64,000 nt of DNA, from the NCBI GenBank assembly GCA_951406725.2, contig OX597817.1, forward strand, positions 41,602,001-41,666,000, read 5' to 3'. The notes beneath the pieces were generated by a model, which saw nothing but the letters and a program-made list of their open reading frames with translations, did no database searches and was not told where the DNA came from. This document shows, in pieces, positions 1 to 13,741 of this stretch (positions within the stretch are counted from its first letter, which is position 1; every line of letters starts with the position of its first letter). The translations under genes and the position numbers were made by a program. The stretch comes from Octopus vulgaris (Eukaryota).

Positions 1-95
1 CAAAGGATAAGTCCTGGGGTCGATTTGCTCAACTAAAAGGCGGTGCTCCAGCATGGCCACAGTTAAATGACTGAAACAAGTAAACGAGTAAAAAA
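1..95 (+). mobile_element. SINE family A, 3' end (cut by window edge)
   Basis: aagtcctggggtcgatttgctc...ggcggtgctccagcatggccacagt..aatgactgaaacaagtaaa matches the 3' end of the copy at 37395-37805. Confidence 0.9.
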
Positions 96-326
96 GTATC
101 TTAAGAAGTTTTCAGAAAAGAAATTAAAACAAAACTCCCATCTGTAGCTAAAGGACCAAGCAGAAGGAACTGTTTAATCCACTCAAACAAAATTTAACCA
201 GAACCTAGTAAAAACTTCATCAGTGTAATAATTGTACGCAACAAATTTCCCATCAAAATTGACCTTTTTTTTTTTCAACATATAAATAACCAGAATTAAT
301 TGAGATATAACTTTTGAAGATAACAC

Positions 327-417
327 TATAAGGTGGGCCATAATGATGGGACGGTACTTAAAGTCAGTCTTCTAATCCATTTAAAATGTGTCCCATCATT
401 ATGACCCACCCTGTATA
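327..417. mobile_element. Tiny Tc1/mariner-type MITE
   Basis: Inverted termini ggtgggccataatgatgggac / gtcccatcattatgacccaccctg, TA flanks, CAGGGTG-type end. Confidence 0.7.
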
Positions 418-2748
418 ACCAAAAACCCACAAATGGGAAATGGAGTAACCTGGTAAAAAAAAAAAAAAAAACAAGTTAATTGTTGGGAGCCAAATTTAAA
501 ATGTCCAATTCTTTCTTATGATTTCACATATCAAACAGGTTTAGTATTCAATGAGATTAGCAGCTTACACAGCAACATAAACATATCTCTGTACAGCATA
601 CTTCTTTACACTGTTGATCCTTTAATAGTTTCTAAAGGCATGTGTGTATGTGTATGCACATGTATGAATGTATATCAGTTTCCTTACAGTTTTTATGTAA
701 ACTAAAAAGAAAAGAAAAACAGTGCAGTACACTGATTGAATTGAAAATCTTAAATATTCAAAATCATTTCTTTCCAGAAATGAAAAGGGTTCAGGAAATT
801 TGATGTTAAAACATCATTGAAAAAAAAAAAAAAAAACCACATCAGAAACAGGGAGAATTACCTAAGAGATGGGTTATTAAAAAAACTGAAAAATAAACTA
901 TGGTTTAATCTCAAGACAGATCATGCCAAAATGTATTTCAAAATTAAATCATGATAATTGACAATCCAATAGAAATAAAGGTTAATCAGTTAAAATGTAA
1001 TGTTATGAAAGGGAAGTTTAGTCATTTATTCTTAACCTTAGCAAATAATGAATTTGTCCAAATATAGCTTAATCTAGAGAAAAGTTTAAAAATAAATTCT
1101 TTTATTTATATAGTAAAGGATTTCATACACATACAGACACAGCCTGAATTATCTCTGATTTCAAATAGAAACTTAAAGACTGTATAACAGAACAGAGCTG
1201 TAATATTACTCTTGAACCAGTAAACAGAGGAACTGTCACACACTTTAAATGTCATATATTTACCATTAACATAATCAGTGTTCCATTTCTTTACATTTTG
1301 CTTTTTAACCCCCATCTTTTGCTTTATTTTAAGTTTTACTTGAAACTGACTTTCAACAAAATTGAAGAAGAAAAAAACTGTAACTTATATAATGGTATTG
1401 GTCATGCAGGTACACTCAAGATGAAGTGGAATGTCACGCCACAACTTTTGGTTTAATTTTTTGATGGGAGGGGTTCATACTTAACAGAGGTTCAACAAGT
1501 TAGACACATTTTAAAATGTTCGTTATTTTACTTGGTAAATAAATAACTATCAAACTCAACACAGATCTTAGGTATAACTATCTCTGACTCACATATGAGC
1601 TGTCTCTTCACTGACCTTTTGTACTACCACTGCAGTGACCTCTACTCTTTGGAACCTTTCTGACTTGCGAGCTCCTGTCAAACAATTCAACCCATGTCAG
1701 CAGGGAAAACAGATGTTAAATGATGATGATAAAAGGTAGTGTGTTTTGATCATAATATGGTAACCAAAAAGGGTTAAATTATGGATATTACAAGTAGATG
1801 GCGGCAGTTAGATTAGCTTGTGTGAAGGAATTGAAAAACAAACTGAAACTATTTGTAAAGTCAGAAGGAAAAAGTAGGGTGACATTGCTAGCTAATCAAA
1901 TATAAATATTTGATTAGTTGAACAGAATGAATACCAGAATGTAAAGACATAATTTAAACATTCTTACTTCAACAAATAAGCTACTGGTATTTAAGAAACT
2001 GTCTAGTAAGTTAATTTAATATCCTGTTGAAAAATTTTAAGTCCAAAGCTCAGTTCTGTAATGAGTGAATAGAAAAAACCTAAAACTATTTTTATGTATT
2101 CAAATCTTTATAGTGTCTTAACTTATGGTCAAATTATAGTGAAAATTGGCAGAGCTGCAGAAAAAAACTTAGTTTCTTTAAATGTGAGTAGACATTAGCA
2201 TGAAAAATAAATGTGCATGTGTGGTTGTTAATTATATGACTAAAAAGCAGGTACATTAACAAAAAAAAGATGAAAAGATGTTGGTAATAAATGAAATGCA
2301 ATTAGTAACAGAAATAGACACACAAACATCACAAGCCAAAAAAAAAAAAAACAAGACAGAAAAAAAGTTTTTTTCCAGACATTTTTGCAGTTTATACATT
2401 ATGAAATTTACAGGTAAGCTGTTACTTCAATCAGAAACAACAAACCTAGCTTTGTATGCATTTCAAAATGTAGGAACAAAGTTGATAGTTCTCTTTTGTT
2501 CTATGCACCAGTTAGTTTGGTGGGTGATTTATACCAATCAAGACTCAATGGAAAGGTTGGACAAAAAATTAAAATATTCAAGAGATTTTACATCAAATCC
2601 TAAAGGTATTTTGGGACAATAATACTTGAAAAAGGTTCAATGACCAATCATTCTTGAGGTGATATTTCATCCGAGTCATATGAGGAAAAATTAGGTGGAT
2701 CAAAGTCAGATATCAAGTGTGCAAAGAAGCAATAGAGAAATTGCAAGG

Positions 2749-3143
2749 GGTGTAGTGAGCTGAAGGACTTCAGAAACAGCAGATGCACCAGCTTGTTTCC
2801 CTACCACATGGTTCTGGGTCCAGTTCCATTACATACACACCTTAGGCAAATGTCTTCTACTACAGCCTCAAGTCAACAAAAGCTTTGTGAGTGGATTTGG
2901 TAGACAGAAACTGAAAGAAACTTGTCATGTGTGTGTGTGTGTGTGAGAACACTGCTTGACAACCAGTGTTGGTGTATTTGCATCCCCGTAACTTAATAGT
3001 TCAACAAAAGAGACTGAATAAGTGCCAGGTTTCTCACAAACATAAGTACTGGGGTTGATTCACTTGATTAAAACAGATTGTTCAAGGCAGTGCTCAAGCA
3101 TGGCCACAGCCTAATGACTGAAACAGGTAAAAGATAAAAGATA
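2749..3143 (+). mobile_element. SINE family A, diverged copy
   Basis: ttgtgagtggatttggtagacagaaactgaaagaa + (TG)n + agcatggccacagcctaatgactgaaacaggtaaaagataaaagat tail. Confidence 0.85.
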
Positions 3144-3176
3144 AGTCTTCTTAGATGTAGTTAACAACTAAGGGAT

Positions 3177-3372
3177 TTAACCCTTTATTTATTCACATTG
3201 TTTTGAATTCATCATGTATTATCTCATAGCTTTAAGATTTCAATTATATGATGGCTTAATCTTTGAGTGATATTGTAGGGCAAGTGCAAGGGGCTATTTC
3301 TAACTGGTTTGAACATAACACAGGTAGGATATTTTCAGCTGGATATAACTGGTTTAAATGCTAAAATGTTAA
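3177..3372. mobile_element. TTAA-flanked piggyBac-like MITE (second family)
   Basis: ttaacccttt...aatgctaaaatgttaa termini; related copy in opposite orientation at ~15367-15583. Confidence 0.6.
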
Positions 3373-3374
3373 CC

Positions 3375-3900
3375 AGCAGTGGATGTGGGTGTTTTAACAG
3401 AATAGTAACCAGAGTAAGAATGGGGTTGAAAAGTTCAGAGATTTATTACCTCTGTTGGCAACAAAGGAAATCTCTGTCTGAATGAAGGGTAGATCATATG
3501 ATGGTTGTGTATGAAGTGAGATGTTGCATGGTAGCGAAACATACCTGGAATGTGGAGGATGTATATGAAAAATGGAAAGAAAGGAGCCAAACATGCCCTA
3601 GTGGATAATGCTAGTATAATGTGTGCATAACTGATAGAGCACAAATGAGCTGATATAATAAATGGATATAATAGGTAGCAGTACTGGCAAGGATATATGA
3701 TGTTTGTGAAGGATGACAATTGAGTAAATTTGTGTCATGTGATCCAAGTTAAAGAAATTTGCAGAAAAAGCCATTGAAAAAAAAAAGTGGTGAAGGCTGA
3801 TATCAAAATGCTGATTCTCATAAAGTGAGAAAAGGGAGGACTGCAACAAATAATAGGATTAGGATATCATCTTGAAGAAGACATGACCAACTAGGGAAAA
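3375..3900 (+). mobile_element. Decayed RTE-clade LINE, 3' part of ORF
   Basis: Interrupted translation VTRVRMG.KFRDLLPLLATKEISV*MKGRSYDGCV*SEMLHGSET resembles the RTE post-RT region; stops and frameshifts present. Confidence 0.75.
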
Positions 3901-6120
3901 TTGGGAAAATGGGTGAATGATTGAATGTGTGTGCGTGTGTGTGTATGTGTTCATTCATTCATGATGATGAGAAACCTATTCATATTTCTCTACCATCTGA
4001 CTTGAATTTTGCTGTAACTGAAGAACAGAGAACTAATTCCAGCAACCTCTGTCTAAAACTGAAATTTACTGAAGTCTCCCAACAAAGTCTGAGTTTCTAT
4101 TAAGATGTATTTTCTGTTATTAGTAATTTTGCTTTAAGTTTTACTTCTAGCTGAGATATTTCAATATTTATGAACTTGAAATACAGAAAACAAAGAAAGA
4201 CTTTTCTTCTATATTGTAGAGACAAAGAGAGAGTCTCCGATATATCCGAGTATCTTGGAAATATCCCTGTATCACATGAAAGTAGCTTCATTAGAAAAGA
4301 CCAGTTAAAACTATAATAGTTCCCTTTAACTAAATATTTAAAAGTGTTAATCATTTTTCCTTTATCTAGTAGATCTAAAGATTAATGTATTTAGTCAGAC
4401 AAGTGTGTCGTAATTTTAACATTATTGCATTTGCATTTTGTGAGTTCAAAAACTTTGGAAAGCTTCGGTATAGATGGTGCATTGAAAGGTTACAAGGTCA
4501 ATGCCTGTTGCTATTGTGCTGTAGCAGAAATAAAATTAAGTTTATTGATTCTTGCAATTCAGTAGTAGCTTTATTACCATGAAACTCATTCAAAATATTG
4601 AACCTCAGCTTAATTCTTGAATCAATGCAATTCTTAAATTATTTTTCAATCAAATATCTTATCTCCAAATATAACATCCATAAAAATAGATAAGAGAACA
4701 AAAAATCCAATTCCTGCCAACATGAATATGTTAACATTAAAATGTGCATGGTGATTGTGATTACAATCAGATTTGATGTGCATCATTGCTTTTCAAAACG
4801 AAATTGTGAGGAATATTTGTGTTGTTGTTTTTGTTGTTTTTTCCTCCCCTTGCAAATTTTAAAATATACAAAAACTCATTCAGCAATATATCCGAAATGA
4901 AAACCAAATATGTCATTCAGCTAAAGCTAGGCAATCATGCTACAGATGGACTCAAATTTGTGTTTTTCTAATATTAAAAACATTTTTGATGTTTCGAAAT
5001 ACGTAAAAAGTGTATTTATGAGATTAAAAAACTCTGTAGATAACATTGTAAAATTGGAATTAAAAAAACAAAAAACAAAAAACAAACATAGCAAAAAATA
5101 AAAACAAAACAAGATTCAGGTAAAACTTGTACATTTAGTTCCATTTATAAATCATATTAATTTCATTTGTTTTTATATATATATATATATATATATATAA
5201 CTAAACTTATTTTTGAAATGTTCCGTTTTGATTCATGATCATATATTGCAATGCAGTAAATTTCAAAATTCAATGTAACGAAACAACAGAATAAACTAAA
5301 AGAATAAAAAAATAAAACATTAGTTTTATACAAAGACTATTCAGCAGTAAAAGTTTTGTGCATGAGTATTAAGTATTGAGTCTATGGAATCTTTTATTTG
5401 TTGATTACAATGTATATCTGACAATATCCTTTCACTTACAGAGCATATTTCAACAATACAAAGTAGTAACTGAACAAGAGAGGCTTTTTAGAAATGCAAA
5501 GGTGTTATAGCAGAATTCTAAACTAAAAGAATTGTAAAAGGTTGTCAATTACTTCCATAAAACTGCTCATGCGTAAGAACCTGTATCTTTTTTTTCTCTT
5601 CCCTACATTGAAAACAATTTTTAATAAAATCTCTGAGATATAAACAAATTCCTCAACTAGACACACTTTAATGTCGATCAAGCAACTACATTTTTCACTA
5701 TATAAACTAGTTTAAGCATCTCTTTACGCAAAAAGATTTTTTAAAAGGGTTCAAAGCACTTTTACCTATTTCCAAAACTACATTCCCTTTGTAAAACCAA
5801 CTAAACGTTCAGAAATGCAAAGATACTTAAAAAACCCAGCCCCTAATTTAAAAGAACAAAAAATATCTTCATATCGAAATTACAAATGATTTTATTCAAT
5901 TACAGAAAGATTAGTCTTTGTTATACACAGCCTATGGTACATGGTATACCTTATTTATAATACTGGTGATGTGGTGTAAGTAGAGAGTGACATATAGGTA
6001 GCTATTCCTAATCAGTGACAGCATTTTTTTCCTGTTAAATTTAAGTGCCTAATTCTAAGTACTTCATAATATTAACCAGGATGCCACAACTACAACTTTT
6101 AATTCACATATGTATATACA

Positions 6121-6390
6121 TCTATTATATAAAATCCGTTCTGCCTGTCCATGTGTGTGTTTTCTAGGTTCTCAGGCATCTTCGATCCAATTGCACTCAA
6201 ATTTGATATGTAGATACCGGTGGTATCAGGGCATGTATAAGTCTTGAAAAAATTACAAAAATCAATTCCAGGTGTGAATGTGATCGATAAAGCCGTGGGA
6301 ACGTGTATTTGTATGCACAAGTACATCAGTTGTTGTGATCAATACTACATGTATGCAAGAAAAATGCCCAGTGTCTCAAATTTAGGTTAA
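6121..6390 (+). mobile_element. Non-autonomous Helitron, 5' fragment
   Basis: Begins A|TCTATTATATAAAA followed by ctgcctgtcc..tgtgtgt, the same 5' architecture as 29449; no 3' CTAG hairpin found. Confidence 0.55.
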
Positions 6391-6527
6391 ATCAGTGTTT
6401 CTCAAAGGGGAGGCTTATGGGATGGTCAGACAAGTTGTTTTGAGAAAATTTGGTTTAAATGTTTTACAACTCAACACTGTCCATTGGACGGGGGAGGGGG
6501 TGTTTTGTTCATATATACATGTTGTGA

Positions 6528-6827
6528 TTTATTGAAGCCGAAAAAGCTTCACAACAAGTACTCAGAGTTTCACATAATCAATCGTTAGTTGTGAGTATTT
6601 TAGAACACTAAAATAGCTTATAAGTATTTATTAGCATTCATAATTACCAACTCATCAAATAAATACTTAAAGCTGATTGGGCAATTATTTAAACGTTTAT
6701 TTGATGAGTTAGTAATCATGAATGTTCATAAACATTTATGAATTATTGCATTGCTCTAAATACTCATGACTGCCTGGTTACAAGAAACTGTGTAACAGTT
6801 TGTGAAGTCTTTTCAGCATCAATAAAA
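6528..6827. mobile_element. Old foldback, probable Penelope-like inverted pLTR relic
   Basis: Diverged inverted arms ~6528-6664 and ~6696-6827 (e.g. aactcatcaaataaa / tttatttgatgagtt), decayed hammerhead-like motif and AATAAA in each arm. Confidence 0.6.
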
Positions 6828-9269
6828 TATTATTTTACACTACCTTTAGTATTTGTGTATAATCTTCTCCAGTTTGATTTGCACCTGTGTGTGTGAGTGT
6901 GCATGCATGTGCACACGTACATACACACACGGCCTCGATATGACATTAAACTGAATCCAGTGGTGAGGCTCCAGTTAAAAAGTTGTGGGGGAGCCTGACA
7001 TCACCTCTTAATTACCATTACTCCCAGATCCATTCTGACCTGGAATGGTAATACATGCCAGAGCCCCATCTATGGATTAAACAGATTCCTCAGAAGTAGA
7101 AGAGGCTCATGTTATTTTTGACAAAGCCATTGAGGAGGCAGCTCTTTTAGGAGAAAAATACTCTGATATATAACTCGCAGTCAAATTAGTACCAGTTGTC
7201 TTGCAATGCTTGTCACTGGAACCTACTACGACCACTGAATGAGGCAAAAGGTTTTGTTATTTAAATCCACCGATGTACAGATGTTCCACTATCATTTTGT
7301 TTCTTGCTCCATTTTGTATCTTATAAAGTCCTATGGCAATGGATGCACTGTGTTAAAAGTCACATCTGCACACAGACAGGGATGAAAGTAAATCAGAACT
7401 ATCAGGTTGAATGTGAGACAGCTATCATCTGACAAGATGAGGCAATCATCATCATCATCAGTGTTTGTGTGTGCATGTTAGAAAAAAAGACGATTGCCTC
7501 AATAATGTAAATTGAAATCAAAATTACATTAATGATCACTAATCTTAAAACCAAAATATCACACATTTCACACAGTAGGTGTGCATTGTTGATCATATTA
7601 TTACATGACAACATTACTTACAAAAAAATGTAAACAAATTAAGAAGAGGAATGGAGCAACTGCACGTTAAAGGGGTTGGGATGAGGGAATTATTTATTTA
7701 TTTATTTTTTGTTCCTGTTGATTTGTATCGCTTCTTTTGATTACATTATTTTTGACTTTTTATTACAATCTCTTCTGCAACAGTCCTAATATGGAATTTC
7801 ATTTCTTAATGAAGAAAAGAAAAGAAAAAAAGTCAACAGAGGAAATGGAATAGTAGGGTTCCCAATGGAAACACTTGCAGTTGCCGGAAATTAAAGCAAT
7901 GCATATTGATTAGGAATTTAAATGCAAACTAGATTTATTTGAATGTATCGAATTTTAAGGAATAAGATTTTTGCACTGCTCAACTGGAACTTTTGTAATC
8001 CTATTGGTTTATCTAGTTCCGAGAAGAAAAAAAAAATTATAATTTAAGCAATCAATAATTGAATAAATAGACTTTTATTTGCAAAGAATTTGGCATTACA
8101 TTAAGTCATTGATGTTATTTTATTTCTACCCCCCACCTTACCTCACCTTAGTTTGGTTCCTTTTATCTCACTGTTGTTTTTTCTTTGGTTAGTAACAAGT
8201 AAATAAAACAAATAAAATGAAAGCTTGTTGACAACAAATAACTAGTAGTTTATAACTCATCAAGGAATAAAAAAAAAAAAAAAAAAGAAAGAAACGAGCT
8301 ATCACTTTTGAGTTTCAAACCTGTTGTAAAGAAAGCTAAAAGACTAAGAATACTTAATGGCATTCCCAGAATAAAACTAGCTCGTTAAATAAGAATAACT
8401 TAATTCACAACAACATAATAAACAAGAGATAAATAAAATGGAATGCAATAGAAGAAAAATAAAGATCTTTGGAGCTTGATTTTTGTCACTTATTTGAAAA
8501 GATGTAGATCTTTCTTCCAATTAGCAATTTCAAATTGTAATAAAGGCTTTCATTTCAAATATTTAACATGTTAATTAACCATTGATATTTTCGGTATTTT
8601 TTCCTGTATCTATTTCACTACCCAGATGGAAAAGTAATAGTCAAACTAAGCAATAAGAGCTTGGTGTTCTTCAGAGACTACCTACCTGATGCAACATTGC
8701 AAAGTCAAGAAGTCAAACAAGGTCATAGACAAAGTTATAAGAGATAAATAAGAGCGAGAAAGTCAAGAAGGGAAAGTGAGTAGAAGGGGAATATATCTAC
8801 AGCAGAGATCAACAACTCCTCTTTGAAGAGGTCCACTTCTGATTTTGTTTAACATTTTCCCATGGCCCACATGAATATATCATATTATAACTTACATATA
8901 AGAATATCCCTGTGTATCCCTCCCATATATATAAGCCTCTCACTCCCTATGCAGCATAAGCTTTCAACAACTTTTCCCTACTGTTCTTGACCCTGGGCTG
9001 TCTTTTCTTCTCCCAGGTCCTGGATTTGAATTGCAACAGATGCTTCTATAACTTTTTTTTTTTCTTGGTTGGCCCTAAGTAAACCCATTTTTACTACAGG
9101 AAAGAGTTGGTCCATATTACTCCGGTCTCTATCCTTTCACCTGTTTAGTATGGGAGGCCCTACCAGGAACTTGTACTCTGCTGGCAAAGCTCCCAGGGTC
9201 ATCAAAACACACAATCTATCACACCATAACAAGGACTGGATCTTGTGGTAGGACATTGAACACTGGTAA

Positions 9270-9745
9270 TGCAAAAAAATGTAGCAAATCATGACAGCGA
9301 AGACTATCTACAAGTTATCAATTGCTTGATGGCCCACAAATACATTAAAATTGAAAATGTTTTAGAAACAATTTGAGGTTGCACAGAAAACACCAATGGG
9401 GCCCAACCCCTGATCTAGAGTCTGGGAAGCTAACTGCCAAGTGTGCCAAGGATGTGCTTGCAGCCAGTGACTGAAAAAAACTAGAAAATGTATAGAAATA
9501 CTTCCATACATTTTAAAAGACTTGTATTGCATCTGTATTCCATTACAGAGTCTGGCGTGTGTTGTGGAGTTTCACCCCAATGATTAGTCTAAATGCACCA
9601 TCATCCACCACTGTAAATGTGAAGGAAACACAAGAGATGGCTGATTACAGACAAATCAAGTTGTTATATTATATCCATAGTGCGACAACTGTGAGAGAAC
9701 ATCAAATTCATTTTGCATTTGTCAACCTGAAGAAGGCATTAAAAA
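9270..9745 (+). mobile_element. Highly decayed RTE-like RT fragments
   Basis: DYRQIKLL and FAFVNLKKA resemble the non-LTR RT motifs NYRGIKLL and FVDLEKAFD. Confidence 0.5.
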
Positions 9746-10256
9746 GTCACCCTATGTCATACACACTCTCTCTCTCTCAGACTGTTTCTTGTTATTAGAA
9801 TTCTTACAGTAACTACTCAAAAGATCAAAATCTATTAAAATGAGCGGTTGTGCTATTCAGCAACTTGCCATAAATAAAGTACAGAGTGACAGCGCTAAAC
9901 AGTGATGTTTATAAATACAAACTTGTTACCAGTTTAAATATACCTCAGACACATTTGAACTGATAACAAGCTTGTAGAAAAACTAGTTATTCCTGTAAAC
10001 TTTTATATTCCAAAGACCTAGTTTTTAGTGAAACTTAAAAATTTTGCATTTTTAAAGAGTTTCAAAAATGCATGCACAGATAACAGTGATGCAAAGGCAA
10101 GGGCAATAAAAATAATTTCAGTAACTGGAGGAAAAAAAAACAAAACAAAGACTAAGTGAATTAAAAAATTGATAGCCATCAGGGATATTGGTTATGTATG
10201 CGGTAAGAGTCAGTGTTGGTAGCAGTACTCACAATAATTCAATATTTTAGAAGTGA

Positions 10257-10605
10257 AAGGCAGGGAGCTGGCAGAAACGTTAGCACATCGGCTGAAATGC
10301 TTAGCGCTATTTCATCTATCTTTATGTTCTGAGTTCAGATTCCGCCAAGGTCAACTTTGCCTTTCATCCTTTCGGGGTCGATAAATTAAGTTCCAGTTGC
10401 ATACTGGGGTCAATCTAATCGACTGGTCCCCCTCTCCCAAAATTTCGGGCCTTGTGCCTAGAGTAGTAATGAATATTATGCCAGGGTCAACTTTGCCTTT
10501 CATCCTTTCAAGGTTGATAAATTAAATACCAGTTGCGTTCTGGGGTTGTTCTAACTGACTGGCCCCCTCTCCCAAAATTTTGGGCCTTGTGCCCAGAGTA
10601 GAAAA
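10257..10605 (+). mobile_element. SINE family B with tandemly duplicated body and 16-bp TSD
   Basis: Head gagctggcagaaacgttagc..gagttcagattcc; body ggtcaactttgcctttcatcctttc.. present twice; TSD aatattttagaagtga at 10241-10256 and 10606-10621. Confidence 0.9.
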
Positions 10606-12618
10606 AATATTTTAGAAGTGAGACCTTGTATAGAAAATGCTCCAACTAGTAAATGTCTTGCTGCTTGATGTTTACAGCAAAAACAGTGCTAAATGGTACA
10701 GAGTGTCTTTCATCACTTCAGTGTGAATCAAATATTTAACAGCTGTAAAATAATTTGGGGATCATAACCCCATAAAGGGTTCCCTTAGATTTACAGTGGC
10801 AAAACTATTTTAGCATAATCCTCAGAACTATAACTTAGAAATATGTCCTTATATAGCATTATTTGATAATTATTAATGCTAACAATACTCATGAAAATTC
10901 TGCAGTTGTTTTGAAAATTGTAAGATGGAACTGTATATTTTTTCTGAAGCACTTGATTCACGAGATGGTGTAAAAGTCAACATGTGTAATATTGAAGGTG
11001 TAATCTCAAGTGTTATAGCATTTTCTACTCCTACGTTCCCTTCAGTAAACATACACTCACACTCACTCTCTTTCCTTTCAACAATACCACATACCCTGTG
11101 CTAAATGTTCTATTTCTTTCTCTTTCTGTAGAACATCTTTCAACCAACTATTTAATCACATAATCCCTTTCTCCTAGCTCTCACCACTAACACTCTTCTT
11201 TCTCCTTCTTTGCTTTTCCCTTCAACTAACAATGTGACATTGTCACATGTTTGGCTTAAGTGTATTAATATATAGCTGCTGCATAGCATGTTACATGATT
11301 TTCATCATATATATATATATATATATATATATGCTTATTTGAACTGATCAATACCCCAAAGTCCTATAGGGTTAAACTGAATATATGGAAAGATCAATAA
11401 CTAGGAAGACTACAACATATGCCAATACAGAAATAAAAAGATCCATGTGCATAAGTGTCTACTTACTGGACTTTTATAACAAAGCACATGTGCAAAATAG
11501 CTCATAGGTATAGAAATGTACACAAAAGATACAAGACCAAGAGATTGGCAATTTCATAAAATAAACTCCACAGTAAGAATTTCGAAAAATTTAATTTCGA
11601 TTTAATAATATCTATTGCATACAAGCTTTTTTGATAAATAAAAAAAAAAGCTTAACAACTGAATGATTATATAAGAAATTCGCATTCATTTTCACTATTT
11701 TGTTACTGAATATAAAGTCTAGCCATGAAAATGTACACAGACAAATGCATCAATAATTGTACCATTTAATTCTCAGTAAATATTTTAGAAGAAGATTATT
11801 TGGCTAACACCTTTTATTATAATGTAAAACCACTTATTTCAATGTCAGTCTAATTGCAGGTGATGAAAACAAAATACCTGCAGTGTCTAGAGACATAAAA
11901 TGTGTCTGGAATATTAATTCAGGAGGAAAGAATGAGTAGAACAAGTGAATTGAGAAAGTGGTTTGTTGTCGTCAGAGATTTCTAGACCAGCAACACAGCT
12001 AAACGAAGATATTATGTATTGGTCATGATTTTCTTAAAGGTGTTAGAAACAATAAGCAAAATGGTTAAAATTGAGAATACAAACCAGTTCTTTAATAAGT
12101 TTTGCTGCAAGTTTTTCTAATTTCAGTCATAGCAATCCAAAATATGCAAATTATGTCTTACAATAAAACGATTGCTTATTTTTGCAATTTTTACTTTCAT
12201 AAGTATATTCAATAACTTTTATCAAAAAAATGTCATTATGGAAAGTAGGTTTGAAAGAAAATGTTTTAACATCTAGCTTAAAGATTTAAAGAAAATCAAT
12301 TTTCTTTAAATAACTCCACTTCTACAGACAGTAAAAAACAGAAACCCAATAAAACAATTGAATAACTACATTTTACCTTTAATAATAAATATTATAAAGG
12401 TTAGAGCAATTATATATTCACCATATTGTGACCAGACTGTAACAGATTCTTTAACTCTGAAAACTCTTTCTGCAGAATTCTATTTTTTATATGCTTCTGT
12501 TTGTCAGGTAGTTTCTTAGAATAAAATTAAGGAGATCTAATAAATAATATCAGAGCGTTTTGCATCATTAAAGGCTACATCAAAGAACTATATGATTCTT
12601 TCCATGTTATAAGTGTAT

Positions 12619-12672
12619 GCACACACACACACATATATATATATATATCTATCTATCTATATATATAGTATT

Positions 12673-12713
<41 letters not shown>
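12619..12713. repeat. Compound (CA)n/(TA)n/(TCTA)n microsatellite
   Basis: Directly visible. Confidence 0.95.
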
Positions 12714-12716
<3 letters not shown>

Positions 12717-13741
12717 TTTACAAGTACTGAGAGAAAATAACATTTATCAAAGGATATTTTCTGTCTTAATCATAATGTCTGCTAATAAATGATAGATTCT
12801 AATAATTGATCGAAGAAATAATCTACCTTGTAACACACAATGAACATATTAATAAGCTACAAACATGAGCAAAAGCAAAGACCACTTCAATAAACAGGAC
12901 TGAATAATAATTTTAACCAAATAAATACCATAATATTTGGCTATTTTATATTACACAGCAGCTGCTGCAGATAAAAGGAGAGAAGGCCGCATAATGAATT
13001 GGTGATTTGCTTCCATAAATCGATAATAAAATTTAACTTCTTAAAAGCAATAGTTTCCAAAAGAACAAAAGTTATCTTCCTGCTTGCTAATGCAGCTGCA
13101 GAATAAATATCTTAAAAATAAATGCATTTATGAAACAATATATCGATAAGCTTTTAAAGATCTAATAAAGTCTGATTATATTAAGGGTATAAATAGTATA
13201 ACAGCATATTTAGTGAAATAACTTTACAGTGGGTATTCACTGCCGCTTTGTAATGAGGACAAAGAATGAAAAAATGCAATTTAGTTGAGACAAAGAAATT
13301 GTTTATTTTAATACTAATCATTTACATATTATTAACTTTTACAACTGCATCATCATTCCAGATAATTTAGTTGTAAGATTAGTGAAACGATATAGAATGT
13401 CACTCCAATGCAAGAATTACAAAAGACAACTGGTTATAATTAATACTCATTAATCATCAAGTCATCAACCACAGCCATTAATTTGGCTGCTTCTATCAGT
13501 ATATGATTATTCAGTGAACTACAATAGATCTGAATAAAATCACAAGGACTTGGGAAACACAATGAACCCTATATACAAATTGTATCAATTAGTCATCAAC
13601 ATACTATGATATACAGTAATAGGAGTACATATATAACATGGTAAAACCAACCATCATTCACATATTATTTTTTAAAGCTACAATATATAAGTGAGATTGC
13701 AAACTACATGAAACAACATGCAATATATATAAACATATAGA

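Noticed and set aside
682-720. 14-nt (and, near 9805, 24-nt) minus-strand microexon-like motifs
   Set aside because: Weaker signals, expected by chance in AT-rich DNA; cttacag also reads as a plus-strand acceptor
11800-13300. Possible very old Penelope RT (HFTFNNKYYK near 12370)
   Set aside because: Only one short motif is recognisable; needs a TBLASTN or HMM search
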